A stretch of DNA of 64,000 nucleotides, taken from Heteronotia binoei (lineage: Eukaryota). Shown here piece after piece: positions 15,901 through 34,442 of the stretch. The position numbers were made by a program, and so were the translations under genes. The DNA lies in the NCBI RefSeq assembly GCF_032191835.1, contig NC_083235.1, positions 47,616,001 through 47,680,000 of the forward strand. The letters run 5' to 3'. Numbering within the stretch: the stretch's first letter is position 1; every line of letters begins with the position of its first letter. Under the pieces are notes generated by a model, which searched no databases, was not told the DNA's origin, and worked only from the letters and a program-made list of their open reading frames with translations.

Positions 15901-18475
15901 GAGCATTTGAAAGTGCAATAAAACCATAGGAAAAGGGAGCAGAGTTTCACTGATTCAAGGTCAACAAACAGACCTTTCTATTTCCCAAGCAGCATATGGG
16001 CAAAGAACCACCAGGCTAAGAACTAAACAACTGGGAATGATTAATAGAGTAGCAAACAGTTTTCTAAGCACAAATGAAAGAAATGGTTACTAATCTCCTT
16101 CTAGTCCTTTTTTGTATTCTATCAAAAGCAAATGTGATTTAAAAGTTTCACTGAGCACATGAGATCATTTCAGATAATTCCCCCAAACCCCTATTTGGAG
16201 CTCTGAACATGATAGTGATTGAATTGAGCCCTAGAGAACATAAGATACTATGCTGATCAGTCAAATGGAAAGAATCAATAAAGTTCTGGGAACTCTGTCT
16301 ATTGTCAGTGCATTGTTCAACTCATACATGAATGTTTTTGCTGGTCAAAAGTCCCCTTTGCTCTTTTCATTTATATTTCTTACTTGCATTCTATTCAGCA
16401 CATGAAAAATTCCAAGAAGAATATGTCAACTTGGAATTTAGTAACAAAAAAGAAAAAAGAAAAGGTAATGTCTACATGTTTCATAACTTAAAGAAAACCA
16501 GAACATGATGTGTATGATGTTTTTAGGAGGGCAACTCTACTCAAGCCAACTTTCAGTGAGTGGCAGAAGTCAGTGATAGAACAAAGTTTGAATCCAGTGG
16601 CACCTTTAAGACCAACAAAGTTTTATTCAGGGTATGAACTTTTGTGTGCATGCATACTTCCTCAGATAGAATGAAATGGAATTTACCAGTCTATACATGT
16701 AAGGCAGAAGTTGAACAGTAAATTACTATACAATTTGTTTACACTGAATGCTTGAGAGGAGACAGATGGAACGTACAAGTTCTCAGTCAATTGCTCTTAG
16801 CACTTCACAATTAAGAATGATTAATTTATACATCGGCTTCCAATTCTGACACATTTATTTGCTCCACTGTTTCCCCCCAAATTAAAACCAAACAATGGTG
16901 ACCATATAACGTTGCATCTGTTAAAACATCATTATGCTGAATGTTATTTGCTGTTCAACCTCTGCCTTATATGTATGGACTGGTAGATTCAATTTCATTG
17001 TATCTGAAGAAGAGTGCATGCACATTAAAGCCCATACCTTGATTAAAACTTTGTTGGTCTTAAAGGTGCCACTGGACTCAACCTTTGTTGTACAAGGCAA
17101 GTACTAAGATAAGAGTCAAATCTACAGTTGAAGAGGGTCTTCAACCTCATAACTAAATTTTCAGGTCAGATTATTAAACAAAAGTAATATGCAATTTTAC
17201 CTGAAGAATTGTAGATTGAAACCACCTCTGCATCTTGTAACCTGATCTTTCTAACAAATTACCAAAGCCAGCTAAAGAGACCAAATACAGAAAATGTGAA
17301 TACTAGGCAAATGTGTAGTCTATGTGCCAATGCTAGGCATAATTTTCAACAGGATGTGCATTCCAAAGAACGGTGTACCATTTTAAGAACAATATGAATA
17401 GAATTAGGGATTTTTTTTAAATTTAGGATTGCAACCTTTTTTATTGTTGGTCATACTAAAAATGGTAGCTCATATTAGCCTATCAGCAGCAACAGAGCTA
17501 GTCAAAAGATTATTGGGAACTGCAGCCCTGTTGCACTTTATGCTAAATAAGAATGTTTTACTAGTATTTTGGTGCATTTGTTAATAGATTATGTAAGTGG
17601 AGGAGAAGCAGTAAGGAATTCATACATAAAAACAGACCTTCAGGACCTTTCTGGTTTTAAAACAAATCCTTGTAAGAATATTAGAATATTGTTAATTTTA
17701 AAATACCGACAAAAATCTTGGTTAAAATTGAAGAACATTGAAGCATACAAAAGTTAAAAACTTGATACACAGGGAGTTCCACATAACCACTACTGCAGTG
17801 AACAGAGAGTGAACATAGCCAGTACTGCTGGACTGCACCTTAGGTGTTTGCAAGGGTTTTGCTCAAAAGAGTCAATGAGACTGCAGCAACAAAAAGGAAA
17901 TATTACTATGATCCTTCCCTGGGCCATACAGTGCAATTTTAAAATCTGCTTTTTGGAAATGAGCTCTACTGAACAGATGTCAGTAGGATTCTGAGTAGGC
18001 TTGTTGGGAATTCAATTGCATAGTAGTGAATGACAGTCACCCTAGGCTGGATCCTGTGCAGTGCCAAGGAAAGATACTGGAAGAAGCAAATCATTCCTGA
18101 CTTCCCCTTCCCCCAGCAACTGCCTAAGAGTACCCAAAAAAGTGATGCCCAGCACTGAGAAACCCCTGTGGATAAAAAGCCATGCAACATGGCTAGCTAC
18201 TGCAAAGGGGAAGCAAATGAAATCACCATTGTTGTGTGAAAGGAATGTTTCTTGCTTAGAAGGACACAGGATCCAACTACTACAGGCAGTAATTCCCAAA
18301 CCACACAAAAATTATGCACATGGAAGTTCATTTATATAACAAGCAATAGCTATTTAAGACTTCATTTATATTTTAATGTTTGTTACGCGTAATGTTTACT
18401 TCTGATTATTTGATTATTCTAGTGAGCTTCGGAGACGCTACTACAGTCGCCTATTCAGAAGTCATCAGAAGATAA
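904..18475 (+). CDS. MILR1: Allergin-1 / mast cell immunoglobulin-like receptor 1-like; 8 coding exons, 325 aa
   Basis: Exons 904-967 (signal MAPVLFKMLTFTVIGCLLTAH), 1057-1104, 2089-2364 (Ig1), 3072-3356 (Ig2), 5425-5529 (TM ILFIVPPLLLLLLALFLAILLLIL, then PRRK), 14744-14824 (ITIM VTYAEI), 16399-16464 (EYVNL), 18423-18475 (ITIM VAYSEV, TAA). All introns are GT-AG and phase 1; total 978 nt. Tail-to-tail with POLG2, as MILR1 is in mammals. Confidence 0.85.
1292..1350 (+). pseudogene. Degenerate duplicate of MILR1 mini-exon 2
   Basis: tttcag|TTCAATCATTTCTTCTAGACAGGGAATGATCACGAA aligns to tttcag|TTCAGCCATCTCTATCAGATGAAAATGAGCATGAC (1051-1092). A 1-nt insertion gives an in-frame TGA and there is no good donor. 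Confidence 0.5.
5740..6250. mobile_element. hAT-superfamily MITE
   Basis: TIR TAGGGTTGCCAA...TTGGCAACCCTA and perfect 8-bp TSD CTACCATA (5732-5739, 6251-6258). Sister copy at 32997-33535. Confidence 0.85.
7374..7499. mobile_element. Left part of a hAT-like MITE split by the DIRS element; includes a 42-bp tandem duplication
   Basis: ...gccattttctccagggaaactgatttctgtagcctgaagat continues after the DIRS as cagttataattc...ggaggctggcatctcta (13690-13725). Related sequence lies at 27960-28539. The unit accttccaaggRtataatgccatagagtccaccttccaaggc is repeated at 7374-7415 and 7416-7457. Confidence 0.7.
7554..7715 (+). repeat. DIRS 3' inverted terminal repeat core
   Basis: Reverse complement of 13501-13662 (162 bp, no mismatch seen by eye). 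CpG-rich, contains TGCGCATGC. Confidence 0.92.
7785..7881. repeat. DIRS internal complementary region (ICR)
   Basis: 7785-7849 is the reverse complement of the left terminus (7494-7559). 7844-7881 is the reverse complement of the right terminus (13652-13689). The halves overlap at ATCTTC. Confidence 0.93.
8020..10470 (-). CDS. DIRS tyrosine recombinase (YR) ORF, 816 aa, overlapping pol in another frame
   Basis: C-terminal part has an N-terminal SAM-like segment (ARKPSTRKSYSMKWKRF), catalytic R in TSAKRASDL, HSTR, W in AAAWSS and Y in MHYALDV. The true start codon is uncertain. Confidence 0.9.
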   Translation of the reverse strand: MPQKVSALRRWQQPLPVPSSALRTFHGTTDIHEMYGGYCSIPQTTRRCNLPIHRRLAPCGSLKDAVDEGHFHHTCAPSKPGPPGQSSKVTPYPNSRHSVYWGSFVHHGPQGVSSCGQDILHSDAGHTNNATTQTTGLQHSAHVRTYGSHDGSSDTRKTTHANPTNLVRPRVSTPTPISRNGLHCSKPHPPFARMVDSSSSPACGNALFTAKPLSSGYNRRLEMGLGSSSRRTHGPGAMDTVRTVAPHQLLRASSCSQSVKIVSSISSRPTRTNRLRQCGDGFLYKQARRDSIHPPLQKSNAPVALEYCPSDPPHCGTSSWRTEYSSGQTEQIFHQRPRVVTPPVIPSASIPEIRNSVNRCVCCTRQCTVCDLFYERSALTTVCRGCLHTNVDRSTTLPLPSLSANNTVHTENSTGQHRLHSSDAMVATPAMVHNPSPPVRKHLPSLPSGTQPPVPAERQGSAPRPEQASPNGLEDMLSDFPEGVRHVLLNARKPSTRKSYSMKWKRFSIYATKHNFSPSSASMPQILAYTLHLSEKGLTYSSLKVHLAAISAFHPHVQGRTVFSHPAAKSFLRGILHLHPPLRQMYPSWSLSLVLSQLVKPPFEPMATIPLHLLSWKTALLVALTSAKRASDLCAFRADSPYTMFHHDKVVLRPDPAFLPKVVSAFHLHRTTTLPAFFQRPTDKGQEALHCLDVRRALAFYIDRTASFRTDSRLFVAYGRRHKGKKISTQRLSKWLVAAIELCYKLAKQPVPSAIRAHSTRALSTSSALARGVSMEDICAAAAWSSSSTFAMHYALDVRARRDASFGQAVLRSIFD
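9018..11213 (-). CDS. DIRS pol: reverse transcriptase + RNase H + Dam-like methyltransferase domain (stop-to-stop frame)
   Basis: Motifs: FLVPK, RPILDLRALN, DLQDAYFH, LPFGLSTAP, YIDD; RNase H TTDAS...CLELLAV...SDN...ADRLS; MT-like IDAFA...FPPF...VTPWWPRQPWF. The frame is open from TAG at 11214-11216 through RLLPFLDNWQQITTDKWVLNIIWRGYSIEF and the 102-bp insertion. The track's start at 10742 lies inside that insertion. Confidence 0.92.
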   Translation of the reverse strand, partial: PNSNNNNRAISPDHGNQRPSNVPDPLDNLNTGNVRLLLQSNPLTRDSRDHNHLKRLHLHQSSLFDFLPLPIQHVSRLLPFLDNWQQITTDKWVLNIIWRGYSIEFQAPPKRHHFVSTPPSPSLQEEIIIIIIIIIFYFYIPPSPPGGLRAANRHGNPMILIDTLIAKAAIEPVPVQYHRTGFYSRYFLVPKRDGGQRPILDLRALNKFIRHRKFRMITLQSILPLIPRNSWMALVDLQDAYFHLTIHQCHRKFLRFAVGNNHYQFRALPFGLSTAPRTFTKCMAVIAAYLRQRGVATYPYIDDWLLVGASRTQLMKDISITLALLANLGLQVNHQKSHLTPTQDIQFIGARLCTTDHKAYLPVDRISSIQTLATQIMRQPKQPAFNIQRMLGLMAATTAVLTHARLRMRTLQIWFVRAFRPQHQSQGTVFTVPNHILPSLEWWTVRAHLLAGMPFLRPSPSAVVTTDASRWGWGAHLDVLTVQGQWTPYEQSLHINCLELLAVHRALKSFLPSLQGLHVQIASDNVATVFYINRQGGTASTRLCKRAMHLWHWSIAHQIHLTAVHLPGVQNIQADRLSRYSINDHEWSLHRSYLLPVFRKFGTPSIDAFAAPDNAQCAIFFMRGPPSQQSAGDAFIQTWTGPLHFLFPPFPLITRCIQKIQLDNTDCILVTPWWPRQPWFTTLLLLSENTYHHFPLAHNLLSQQNGRVLHHDPNRLRLTAWRICSQTFLKE
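10734..10835 (+). mobile_element. 5'-truncated LINE2 3' tail inserted into DIRS pol
   Basis: agccgccctgagccc...ggggagggcgggatata...(TTA)n matches the tail of the L2 copy at ~51420-51496. It splits native QEE-I-DTLIAK. Confidence 0.88.
11020..13296 (-). CDS. DIRS ORF1 (gag-like), 758 aa
   Basis: N-terminal CxxC...HxxCxxC...HxxxxCxxC zinc finger, K/P/D/S repeats, RSPS repeats, and a C-terminal LAP2alpha-like region (EAWDNP...RKLDTLGRK...RRHAWLR...DLPFDGQGLF) typical of vertebrate DIRS1 ORF1. Confidence 0.9.
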   Translation of the reverse strand: MEGRDSKITFKRCSRCRAKIPTSDGHSLCLFCLGESHKVDACAHCLQFCKQARKNRAARLRSHLMESVLQPDMSQSSSASKSPPLLTPQGDGARSAASVAIVPSKHKSGDAAKAGDGARTSEQTAAATKPKGGKHTKKHKHSDPKGQKDSRKPSDPKAPRKPTDPKDPKIPRDSRKSSEQQNEPESQCEPSTPGSDTQEVTTPATESPHQQTEEVIPIPSRSPSPQGSMLDPALEPIRDPQQWTRHHIDPRSFRDMSNPIQYKHDAYRYFDAHRFPARSPSIERYRYHHTRFPERSPSRGRDRHRYNPRSRSPSMSPRRRHYASRSPSIESHACCGYHHSRYRTDYHRNPSKEATPVQRSKQLPKQPSPTPSTSTSKPRGAIPVEPKSTTPTRPDPPEPEPDSDAESDAQSSDSIQSMSPGSPASDIAKPADLSPSEGAKTYLDLIANMASALNVTLTSDAPKVTDVVHDLVHSDLPAGSFLPMLPVHLEAIKEAWDNPASIPPTSKRIESLYRIQAPDSKFLFSHPAPNSLIVHSSSKTKQTRHPVPPEKEGRKLDTLGRKMYSISTATAKINNYLAYFAAYSHNISSQLNTLVSALPEPSQKQACKLLQELNRISKQQINTIRHSVGCTSKAMAASIALRRHAWLRSSSLQPDLKFKIEDLPFDGQGLFNATTDDILSTVDDSRKRAKRLGVAQQQQQQQSYKPRSWKPTPFKRSRSPRQSEYWKRKAPPPKQSFNQRQQRPQPPKKAASSSKQSL
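13501..13689 (-). repeat. DIRS 5' inverted terminal repeat
   Basis: 13501-13662 is the reverse complement of 7554-7715. The terminal 13652-13689 is complementary to the ICR. Confidence 0.92.
16580..17090. mobile_element. Inverted pair of Penelope-like terminal repeats
   Basis: Arms ~16580-16722 and ~16947-17090 are reverse complements with scattered mismatches. The motif ttgttggtcttaaaggtgccactggactc also occurs in variants at ~52670-52750, ~53865-53900 and ~61596-61760. Penelope assignment is from memory. Confidence 0.65.
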
Positions 18476-18758
18476 AAAGGTAAAACTCCTTCCTCAGAAT
18501 TTACATTCAGTTGTGTGTGTCTGTGGACGGTAATATTTCTTTTCCTTCTCTATTCCTCTGACCTACTGGTCTTGAGTAATATTGATCTATCCTACTAAGA
18601 ATAAAAGGAAGAATTCAAACCAGAGTGAAAAAGCTATACTATGTCAGAGACTGTCTCTTGTCACAAGTTGCCTGAACTCTCATGGCCTGAACAAGGAATT
18701 TAAGTTAAAAAATGTATTTGCTGGCCTAGGCTCCATTAAATTTTTAGTAACTAAAATG

Positions 18759-18927
18759 TCATTTAACTCGGGCATAAGTGGTTTAATTTCTCCCTAGCCT
18801 CCTTATGCCATAGATATTCAAATAAGACATGCTTCACAGTTAACTCATTTAACTCAGGCATAAGTGGTTTAATTTCCCCTTAGCCTCCTTATGCCATAGA
18901 CATTCAAATAAGACATGCTTCACAGTT
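18759..18927 (+). repeat. Direct tandem duplication, period 86 bp, 3' of the MILR1 stop
   Basis: tcatttaactcRggcataagtgg...gcttcacagtt at 18759-18841 and 18845-18927, a few mismatches. Confidence 0.9.
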
Positions 18928-19659
18928 TCTATGCTCCCTAAGCCACAAGTGCAATATCTATCTGAAACAGTATACCTAATATATGGTTTTCAGAGATTGC
19001 GGATGGTAGCACATTTAATCCTGTGAGCATAATTACTTGTCTGCATCTTGAAACTGTAAGGCTAAACAAGTATTTTGGAATTGTAAAGTATGCTGGGATT
19101 CCCATGTAGAGAGTAGACATGCCTAGCTCAGCACACAGTACTATTTTATATCAATCTTCATAATCAACTGCTTAATAGCCTTATGGGCTAGGGGCTACCC
19201 TAACACAAAGACAACTTTCTCTGAGCATTGCATAATATTCAGTTTTTCTATTATAGCCTGATTCCATGGACTGGAAAAATTATATTTTGCCATATAATAT
19301 AATAAACTATTATCCTTAGAGAACATTATTTTGATTTGCAGATTAAATTAATGCCAGCATCCAAACCCTAGATTCAACTGAACGCTGGCCAAGTTCCAGT
19401 CTAAGGGCAGCACCAGCCACATATTTCAGGATCCCACAGATCTAACACAAGAATTGTATTAGTGGCTGATCTATAGTTTCATTTATCCTGTGAACCCACA
19501 GTGGGCTACCTTTATCATCTTTAGTACTGTCCTTCGTTCAGTGTAACTACATTTAGAATATTGTCCACAGTTTTGGTCATCTCATCTGAAACATATTGCA
19601 AAACTGAAAAGGCTGCAGAAAAAGATAGTTTAAAAAGATAGTCTGCAGAAAAAGATAAC

Positions 19660-19920
19660 GGGTTTGGGGCTCCTTTGTTACAAGAAAAGGCTAAATAGTT
19701 TGGGCCTTTTACTTTAGAAATAAGGAATATAATAGTGGCTTTATAAAAATATGGATTGTGTGGACAGAACTTCCTTTCCTTCATAATGCTAAAACTCCAG
19801 GTCACCCAATCAAAATGATGGGCAGTAGATTAAGTGAAGACAAAATAAAGTACTCTTCACAAAATGCAATGATAGTTGTTAGCTTAGAAGGTGACCAGAC
19901 AAATCCATGAAATATATCAA
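19660..19920 (+). mobile_element. Old CR1 LINE 3' fragment
   Basis: Degenerate CR1 ORF2 C-terminal sequence (gaaaaggctaaatagtttgggccttttactttagaaa...aaaactccaggtcacccaatcaaaatgatgggcagtaga). Boundaries approximate. Confidence 0.55.
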
Positions 19921-20601
19921 TGACTTGGATAGCTAGATGGAAAGCCTGATTTCAGTTATAGTTAGCTCCTTCTAAATACCAACAGCTAGGACACTTGGAA
20001 GATTAGCAAGGGCTATTGCTCATGGCCCCTTTATGAATGTCCCAAAGGCACCTGGCCAGGTCACTGCAGAAAAACAGGACACTGCAGTAGACTTGGTGGG
20101 CTTTTGGTATAATCCAGTAGGGCTCTATAGTCATTGTAGAGGATGCACACAAAGAATTTGTGTTAAACTGCATAACAGGAAACTCTTTTTTGAAAAGTGC
20201 AAGTTAGCTGAAATAGGAGCAGTTCAGTGTAAATATTTTTTTTCAAGCACTCTCACTACAAACTTTTATATGGAGTGCAAAAGAGCCCCTAAGCTACAAA
20301 GAGCACATTTGTGCTCTGCTGGTCCTGCACTTGATCTATCCCTAGATCAAAGAATAGAGAAAGAAAAGAGACTACATAGCAGCCTAGAAACAAGATTTGC
20401 TTGGAGTGATGGTTGGTGTTATTGCCTCACCAGCCCTGTAGTGTTATTGAAATATCACATCTACATCTTTCACAGCCTATATATTTCCCTTACATTACCC
20501 AGACAATAGTCATATATTGATTGCTGAGCTGAATCTGACTCATAGAACAACAATCACACAAGTTAGATTTAGCAGATGAATCAAAGAAAATCCACACACC
20601 C

Positions 20602-20812
20602 TTTTTTTTGGTTAAACAATTTTATTTGGTAATATATGGAAATCATATCCAATACTAAAAAAATATTAATAAACACTTACTACCTTCCCCATACATTACA
20701 CTTTCCCCACCTCCCCTCCCCCCAAATCTTGACTTCCGCCGGTGCCAATTACCTAAAATTTTAATATCAAAAGGTATCTTTAACTTTAAAAGAATCTTAA
20801 TTAAAAAAAGAA

Positions 20813-20844
<32 letters not shown>

Positions 20845-22581
20845 ACTTTATAAAGTCCCACCCAGTTATTATAATTCATCTTCTTTCTTCTCCTAAATAT
20901 CTAGGTGGTATTCTCAAAAACCACCCAATGGCCTTTTACTTTCCATTCTTTTTCTATATATCATCTGAAATTATCTCAATCCCTTTTAAATCCCTCTAAA
21001 TCATAGTATTTCAAGATTCTTGTAAGTTTATCCATTTCACTCCATAACATGACTTTTACAATCCAGTCCCATTTTTCTGGTATTTTATCTTGCTTCCATA
21101 ACTGTGCATATAATGTCCTAGCAGCTGAAAGCAAGTACCAAATTACAGTTCTATCTTCTTTTGGAAATTTCTCCATTTGTAATCCCAATATGAAAGTCTT
21201 TGGAGTTCTCTTAAATTCATATCCTAAAGTTTTAGAGATTTCTCGTTGAATCATTTGCCAAAACTGTTTCGCTCTTTCACAAGTCCACCACATATGGTAA
21301 AAACAACCTTCATGCTTTTTGCATTTCCAACATCTATCTGGCATCTTATTGTACATTTCTGCTAACTTTTTCGGAGTCATATATCACCTATACATAATTT
21401 TATAACAGTTTTCTTTATTATAACATGTCGAAATTTTCATAGAGTTCTTCCACAAGTATTCCCATGTTTCCATCTTTATTTCTTTATAAACATTAATTGC
21501 CCATTTTATCATTTGAGATTTTACTACTTCATCTTTAGTAGACCATTTCAGTAATAGTTTATATAATTTTGAAATCAACTTTTCATTATCTCCAAGCAGA
21601 ACATTTTCTAATTCAGTTTGCACTTTCCTTATTCCTTCATTTTTAATATCATTTTCCACCAAGCTCTTTATTTGTTGCATTTGGAACCAGTCATACTTAT
21701 TATTCAATTCTTCAGCTGTTTTCAACTCTATCTTGCCACCCTGTATTTTTAATAATTGATTATATGACAACCATCTTGCTTCCCCTGTCTCCACCGATAT
21801 TTTAATTACTTCTGCTGGCACTATCCACAACGGTTTCCTTTTATCTCCATATTTTCTGTATTTCATCCACGTATTTAACAAATTACTTCTTATATAGTGA
21901 TGAGAGAAAAAACCATCCATCTTTTTCTTCCCATAATACATATAAGCGTGCCAACCAAATTTATTTCCATGACCTTCCAATGCTAAAAGCTTTCTATTCA
22001 ACAGTCACCCATTCTTTTTTCCATACTAAACATACTGCTTCATGGTATAGCTTTAAATCTGGTAGCTGAAATCCTCCTCTTTCTTTTGCATCTGTTAAAA
22101 CTTTCATTTTAATTCTTGGTTTCTTTTCTGCCCATACAAACTCTGAAATTTTTCTTTGCCATTTGTTGATTTGTTTAATGTCTTTCACTATCGGAATAGT
22201 TTGGAACAAATACATAATTCTTGGTAAGATATTCATTTTTATTGCAGCTATTCTTCCAAGCAATGACATATTAAGTTTATTCCATTTTACCATATCTTCA
22301 TTCATTTTATGCCGCAGCTTTTCATAATTATTTTTATATAGATCAATATTTTTCATTGTAATCTCCACACCCAGATACTTTACTTTAGAGGTAACTTCGC
22401 ATCCCGTTAAATCCTGCAGTTCTTTTTGTTTACTCCCTTGCATATTTTTGCATAAAAATTTTGACTTCTCTTTGTTGATGTAAAATCCTGCTTTTTCTTC
22501 ATATTCTTCTATCTTAGCTAGTAATAATGGCGTTATTTGTATAGGATTTTCATTTATAAACATTACCTTGGCAAATGCTCT
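20602..22581 (-). mobile_element. 5'-truncated L1-clade LINE with frameshifted ORF2, poly(A) and TSD
   Basis: ORF pieces 21994-22590, 21384-22001 and 20976-21380 encode KYLG, LGRIAAIKMNILPR, GGFQLPDLKLY and the zinc knuckle CWKC...HMWWTC. T-tract at 20602-20609. Near-TSD aatccacac(a)cccttttt at ~20589 and 22582. G-rich 3' UTR with (TA)n at ~20813-20838. Confidence 0.9.
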
Positions 22582-23361
22582 AATCCACACCCCTTTTTAT
22601 CTCTTTATAAGACCCTGACAAGGCAACATAAGAAGGGTATGAGAAATAGCAGACAGACTTTTCAGAAGTTCAATACCACACACACACACACACATATATA
22701 TGTGCAAAGTGTTCTCTTTTTGATGTTCAATTTTTACTCAAATTCCACAATACTAAGACTGCAGAAGTCAAGGCACAAGACAGCAATTTTATTCCACTTA
22801 CCATTTGTTACCAACCCTCTCTTCAAATATGGTGCAACATTTCATGTACAGCCTGTAGGCATTTTATATGACACATACTGACATTGATGCAAATGTCATT
22901 TGTGTGTTAAAACTTTGGACTGTCTAGTGACAGCTTTAAGAGGATTTTTCTTCAAATGACAGTGACTTGTCTGATTTCAGCTCATCCGTTATGGTTTTCC
23001 AGTTTGTATGGCAGAACAAGGCAACACTATTGCATAACCTTGTGCTAATCTGTTCCATCTGAAAAGGTGATTAATTTAAAATAACTGCAGTACTTCCCAA
23101 GGCAGAAAAATCTCAAACTGAGTATCAGTAGAACTTACTCAGCTATGCTTGTATGGCATTTGGTTGAGAACTCAAAGCTGTGGCTTACCAGTCCAACAGT
23201 TTTATCTCCGCTATCCTCCTGTCTCACTTTGTATAAAAGAGCTCCCCCTGCTGAACAGTGCAGGGTACTGGCTTTTGTGGGAAAATTTGAACAAAATGGT
23301 TGGAGAAAATTTGACAAAATGCATCTGGACAGGAAAATACAAAATTATTTTTTATTATAAC

Positions 23362-32033
<8,672 letters not shown>

Positions 32034-32059
32034 GTCCACTGAACCAAGAACCTCCCGAG

Positions 32060-32350
32060 ACGGACAGCGCACGCGCACCTCCAAGGGCGAGCCGTAAGAA
32101 CGGAAGCGACGGCGAAGGGTAGAGGAAGAGGGGATCCCTAGTGGACGCATGCGCATTTTGCCGAAAAGTCCTCTACGTAAGCGGCGTTCTTAGCCAGTGA
32201 ATCATAGCTGTAGTTCCATTTTCAGCTAGAACGTACCGCGTAGGGGCAAACAAGAGAAAGCACGTTGATATGTGGGGGGCAGAAATAAACCATTAGCCCG
32301 CGTTATTTTTTTACTTCTCCGCGTCCGAATGGAAACCGGAGTTGAGGACT
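32060..32350 (-). promoter_or_regulatory. POLG2 CpG-rich promoter with NRF1 and ETS motifs
   Basis: NRF1-type ACGCATGCGCA 32145-32155 and GCGCACGCGCA near 32067-32077; CGGAAG at 32101-32106; locally high CpG. NRF1 and GABP are known regulators of mitochondrial biogenesis genes. Confidence 0.6.
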
Positions 32351-32996
32351 TCCTGTATTTTTTTTCTGGTGATATAGAAGGTAGAATTCCACAAAGTAAG
32401 CCGTATTGTTCCATCAGAATTTAACAGGAGTCTTGTGGAATCTTAATGACTAACCGCCCTCCCCCGCTCATTTTAGCGCTTAATCTTTTGTGGACTAGAT
32501 CCCTAATCCATGGATGCTGGAATAAAGTGTTGTTGTCTTTAAGGTATAAGAAAGGCGGGAGTCAAGCAGCCAGTCTTGTCAGCCGGTCATGGATTAAACG
32601 CCACCATCCACAGAGACGGCAATATCATGCAAATAGGTGTCAGCAACAGAAGGATGAATAGTAATACGGCTCTCCTATGTACATTGTGCGCCTAAATTCT
32701 GCTCCATCAAAGGCTGTCGAATGGGAACCGGAAATTCGTGTTGCGTGCCCCTTGTTCTATCTCTATCATCATTTTAGCAAGAGTGGCTATGTAATCGTGG
32801 CAACGCAATGTGTTTCGATGCAAGCTGAGGTTGTGGATTGGATGATGCAGTGGAAGTGGCGGTCTAACAATATTAACCCCGCCCCCTCCCGGTGCCACGA
32901 GGTGCGTTTTACGTGTGACATCTTTTACTGTACAATGATTCTGCTATCCAGTGTACTGGATTAGTTTCAGTGGTCTTAGAGTAACTGCATAGGATT

Positions 32997-33535
32997 TAGA
33001 GTTGCCAGGTCCAATTCAAGAAATATCTGGGGACTTTGGGGATGGAGCCAAGGAGACTTTGGGGGTGCAGCCAGGAGATATTGAGGGCGGAGCAAGTATG
33101 TTATGACAAGCATGATATTGCCGTTATGACAAGCATAACTCCAAAGGGAGTTCTGGCCATCACATTTAAAGGGACCGCACGCCTATTAAATGCCTTCCCT
33201 CCATTGAAAATAATGAAGGATTGGGGAACCTGCTTTTGGGGCGCATAGAATTGGACCCCCTGGTCCAATCCTTTTGAAACTTGGAGGCTGGTTTGAGGAG
33301 AGCCACGGAATGCTATGCTGCAAATTTGGTGCCTCTACCTAAAAAAAAACAGAGTCCCAGATACCTGTGGATCAATTCTCCATTATACCCAATGGGAATC
33401 GGTCTCCATAGGGAATAATGGAGTGCCCAGCAGACATTTCCCTCCCCCTGCCCCACTTTCTGATGACCCTGAAGCGGGGGGAGGGCCTCCAAACTGGGGG
33501 GATCTCCTATTCCCACCTGCGGATTGGCAACCCTA
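32997..33535. mobile_element. hAT MITE (same family as 5740-6250)
   Basis: TIR TAGAGTTGCCA...TGGCAACCCTA, perfect 8-bp TSD ATAGGATT, colinear with 5740-6250. Confidence 0.85.
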
Positions 33536-34442
33536 ATAGGATTGTACTGTTTTACATGCATGGACTTCGTTAGTAAAAAAACCCTATATTATCTTACTAC
33601 CCAATTACTGTTTGTTTGTGGCCTTTAAATAACACATGTGAGCTATGAACAACCTCTACCTGTGATGGCGTATTGCACTCATGGGCATTAAGATCGTATT
33701 GTAGATTTTATTAGATATAATCTATACAAAATGTGGACATCAGAAAACAACAGTTTGTCATAACTCCTGCTAAAACTTCAACAAGAGGATATTATCAATA
33801 TATTGTAGTTATTATAAGACATTACTTTTGAGTATCACAACACAACATGCAGCTCAAGGGTATAAATAGTGGGCTGTGTTGTAGTAGTAGTGTTTAATAG
33901 TAATGTGTAGTAGTAATGTGTAGTAGTAATGTTTATCTTAGCCTGCCTGACATTTTTACATTTTGTTGTCTTCCTTAAGTCTCAGGGTAAAAGGTGTGGA
34001 CTCAGAAAACCTTGCAGCTTACTCATCCTCAGGTCCTTGCATTGACTCGAGGTGGCAACCACACACCCCACTGGGCAATTACTTGCCCAGTTTCCTGGAA
34101 CACAAAGCAGATTCCACACTACATGTTCAGAAGAGCCACAAAGTAGTTCCTGTGTCTCTGAAGGAGTATCACTGATCGAGGTCTTTTATATGAATGTGTT
34201 CAGAAGATGGTGGTGATATTCTATGAGGTTGTCTTGTCTTTTATCAAAGAATAAGTCTCATGACCAGTGGCTGTTAGACATTTTGCTGTCTCACTTTCCC
34301 CTGATTTCAGGCATTGTTCTCTCCATTAACAAGAGCTATTAAGGAAGAGCTTTGAATGAACTTTTATATTTCTTTACCTGTGTTATAAGGGTTTTTTGAA
34401 TTTTGTTTATATAAATAAGTTTTAGACAGATTTAAGTGCTTC

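Noticed and set aside
20033-20509. 158-aa plus-strand ORF
   Set aside because: No domain motif or splice context and AT-rich intergenic composition; probably chance.
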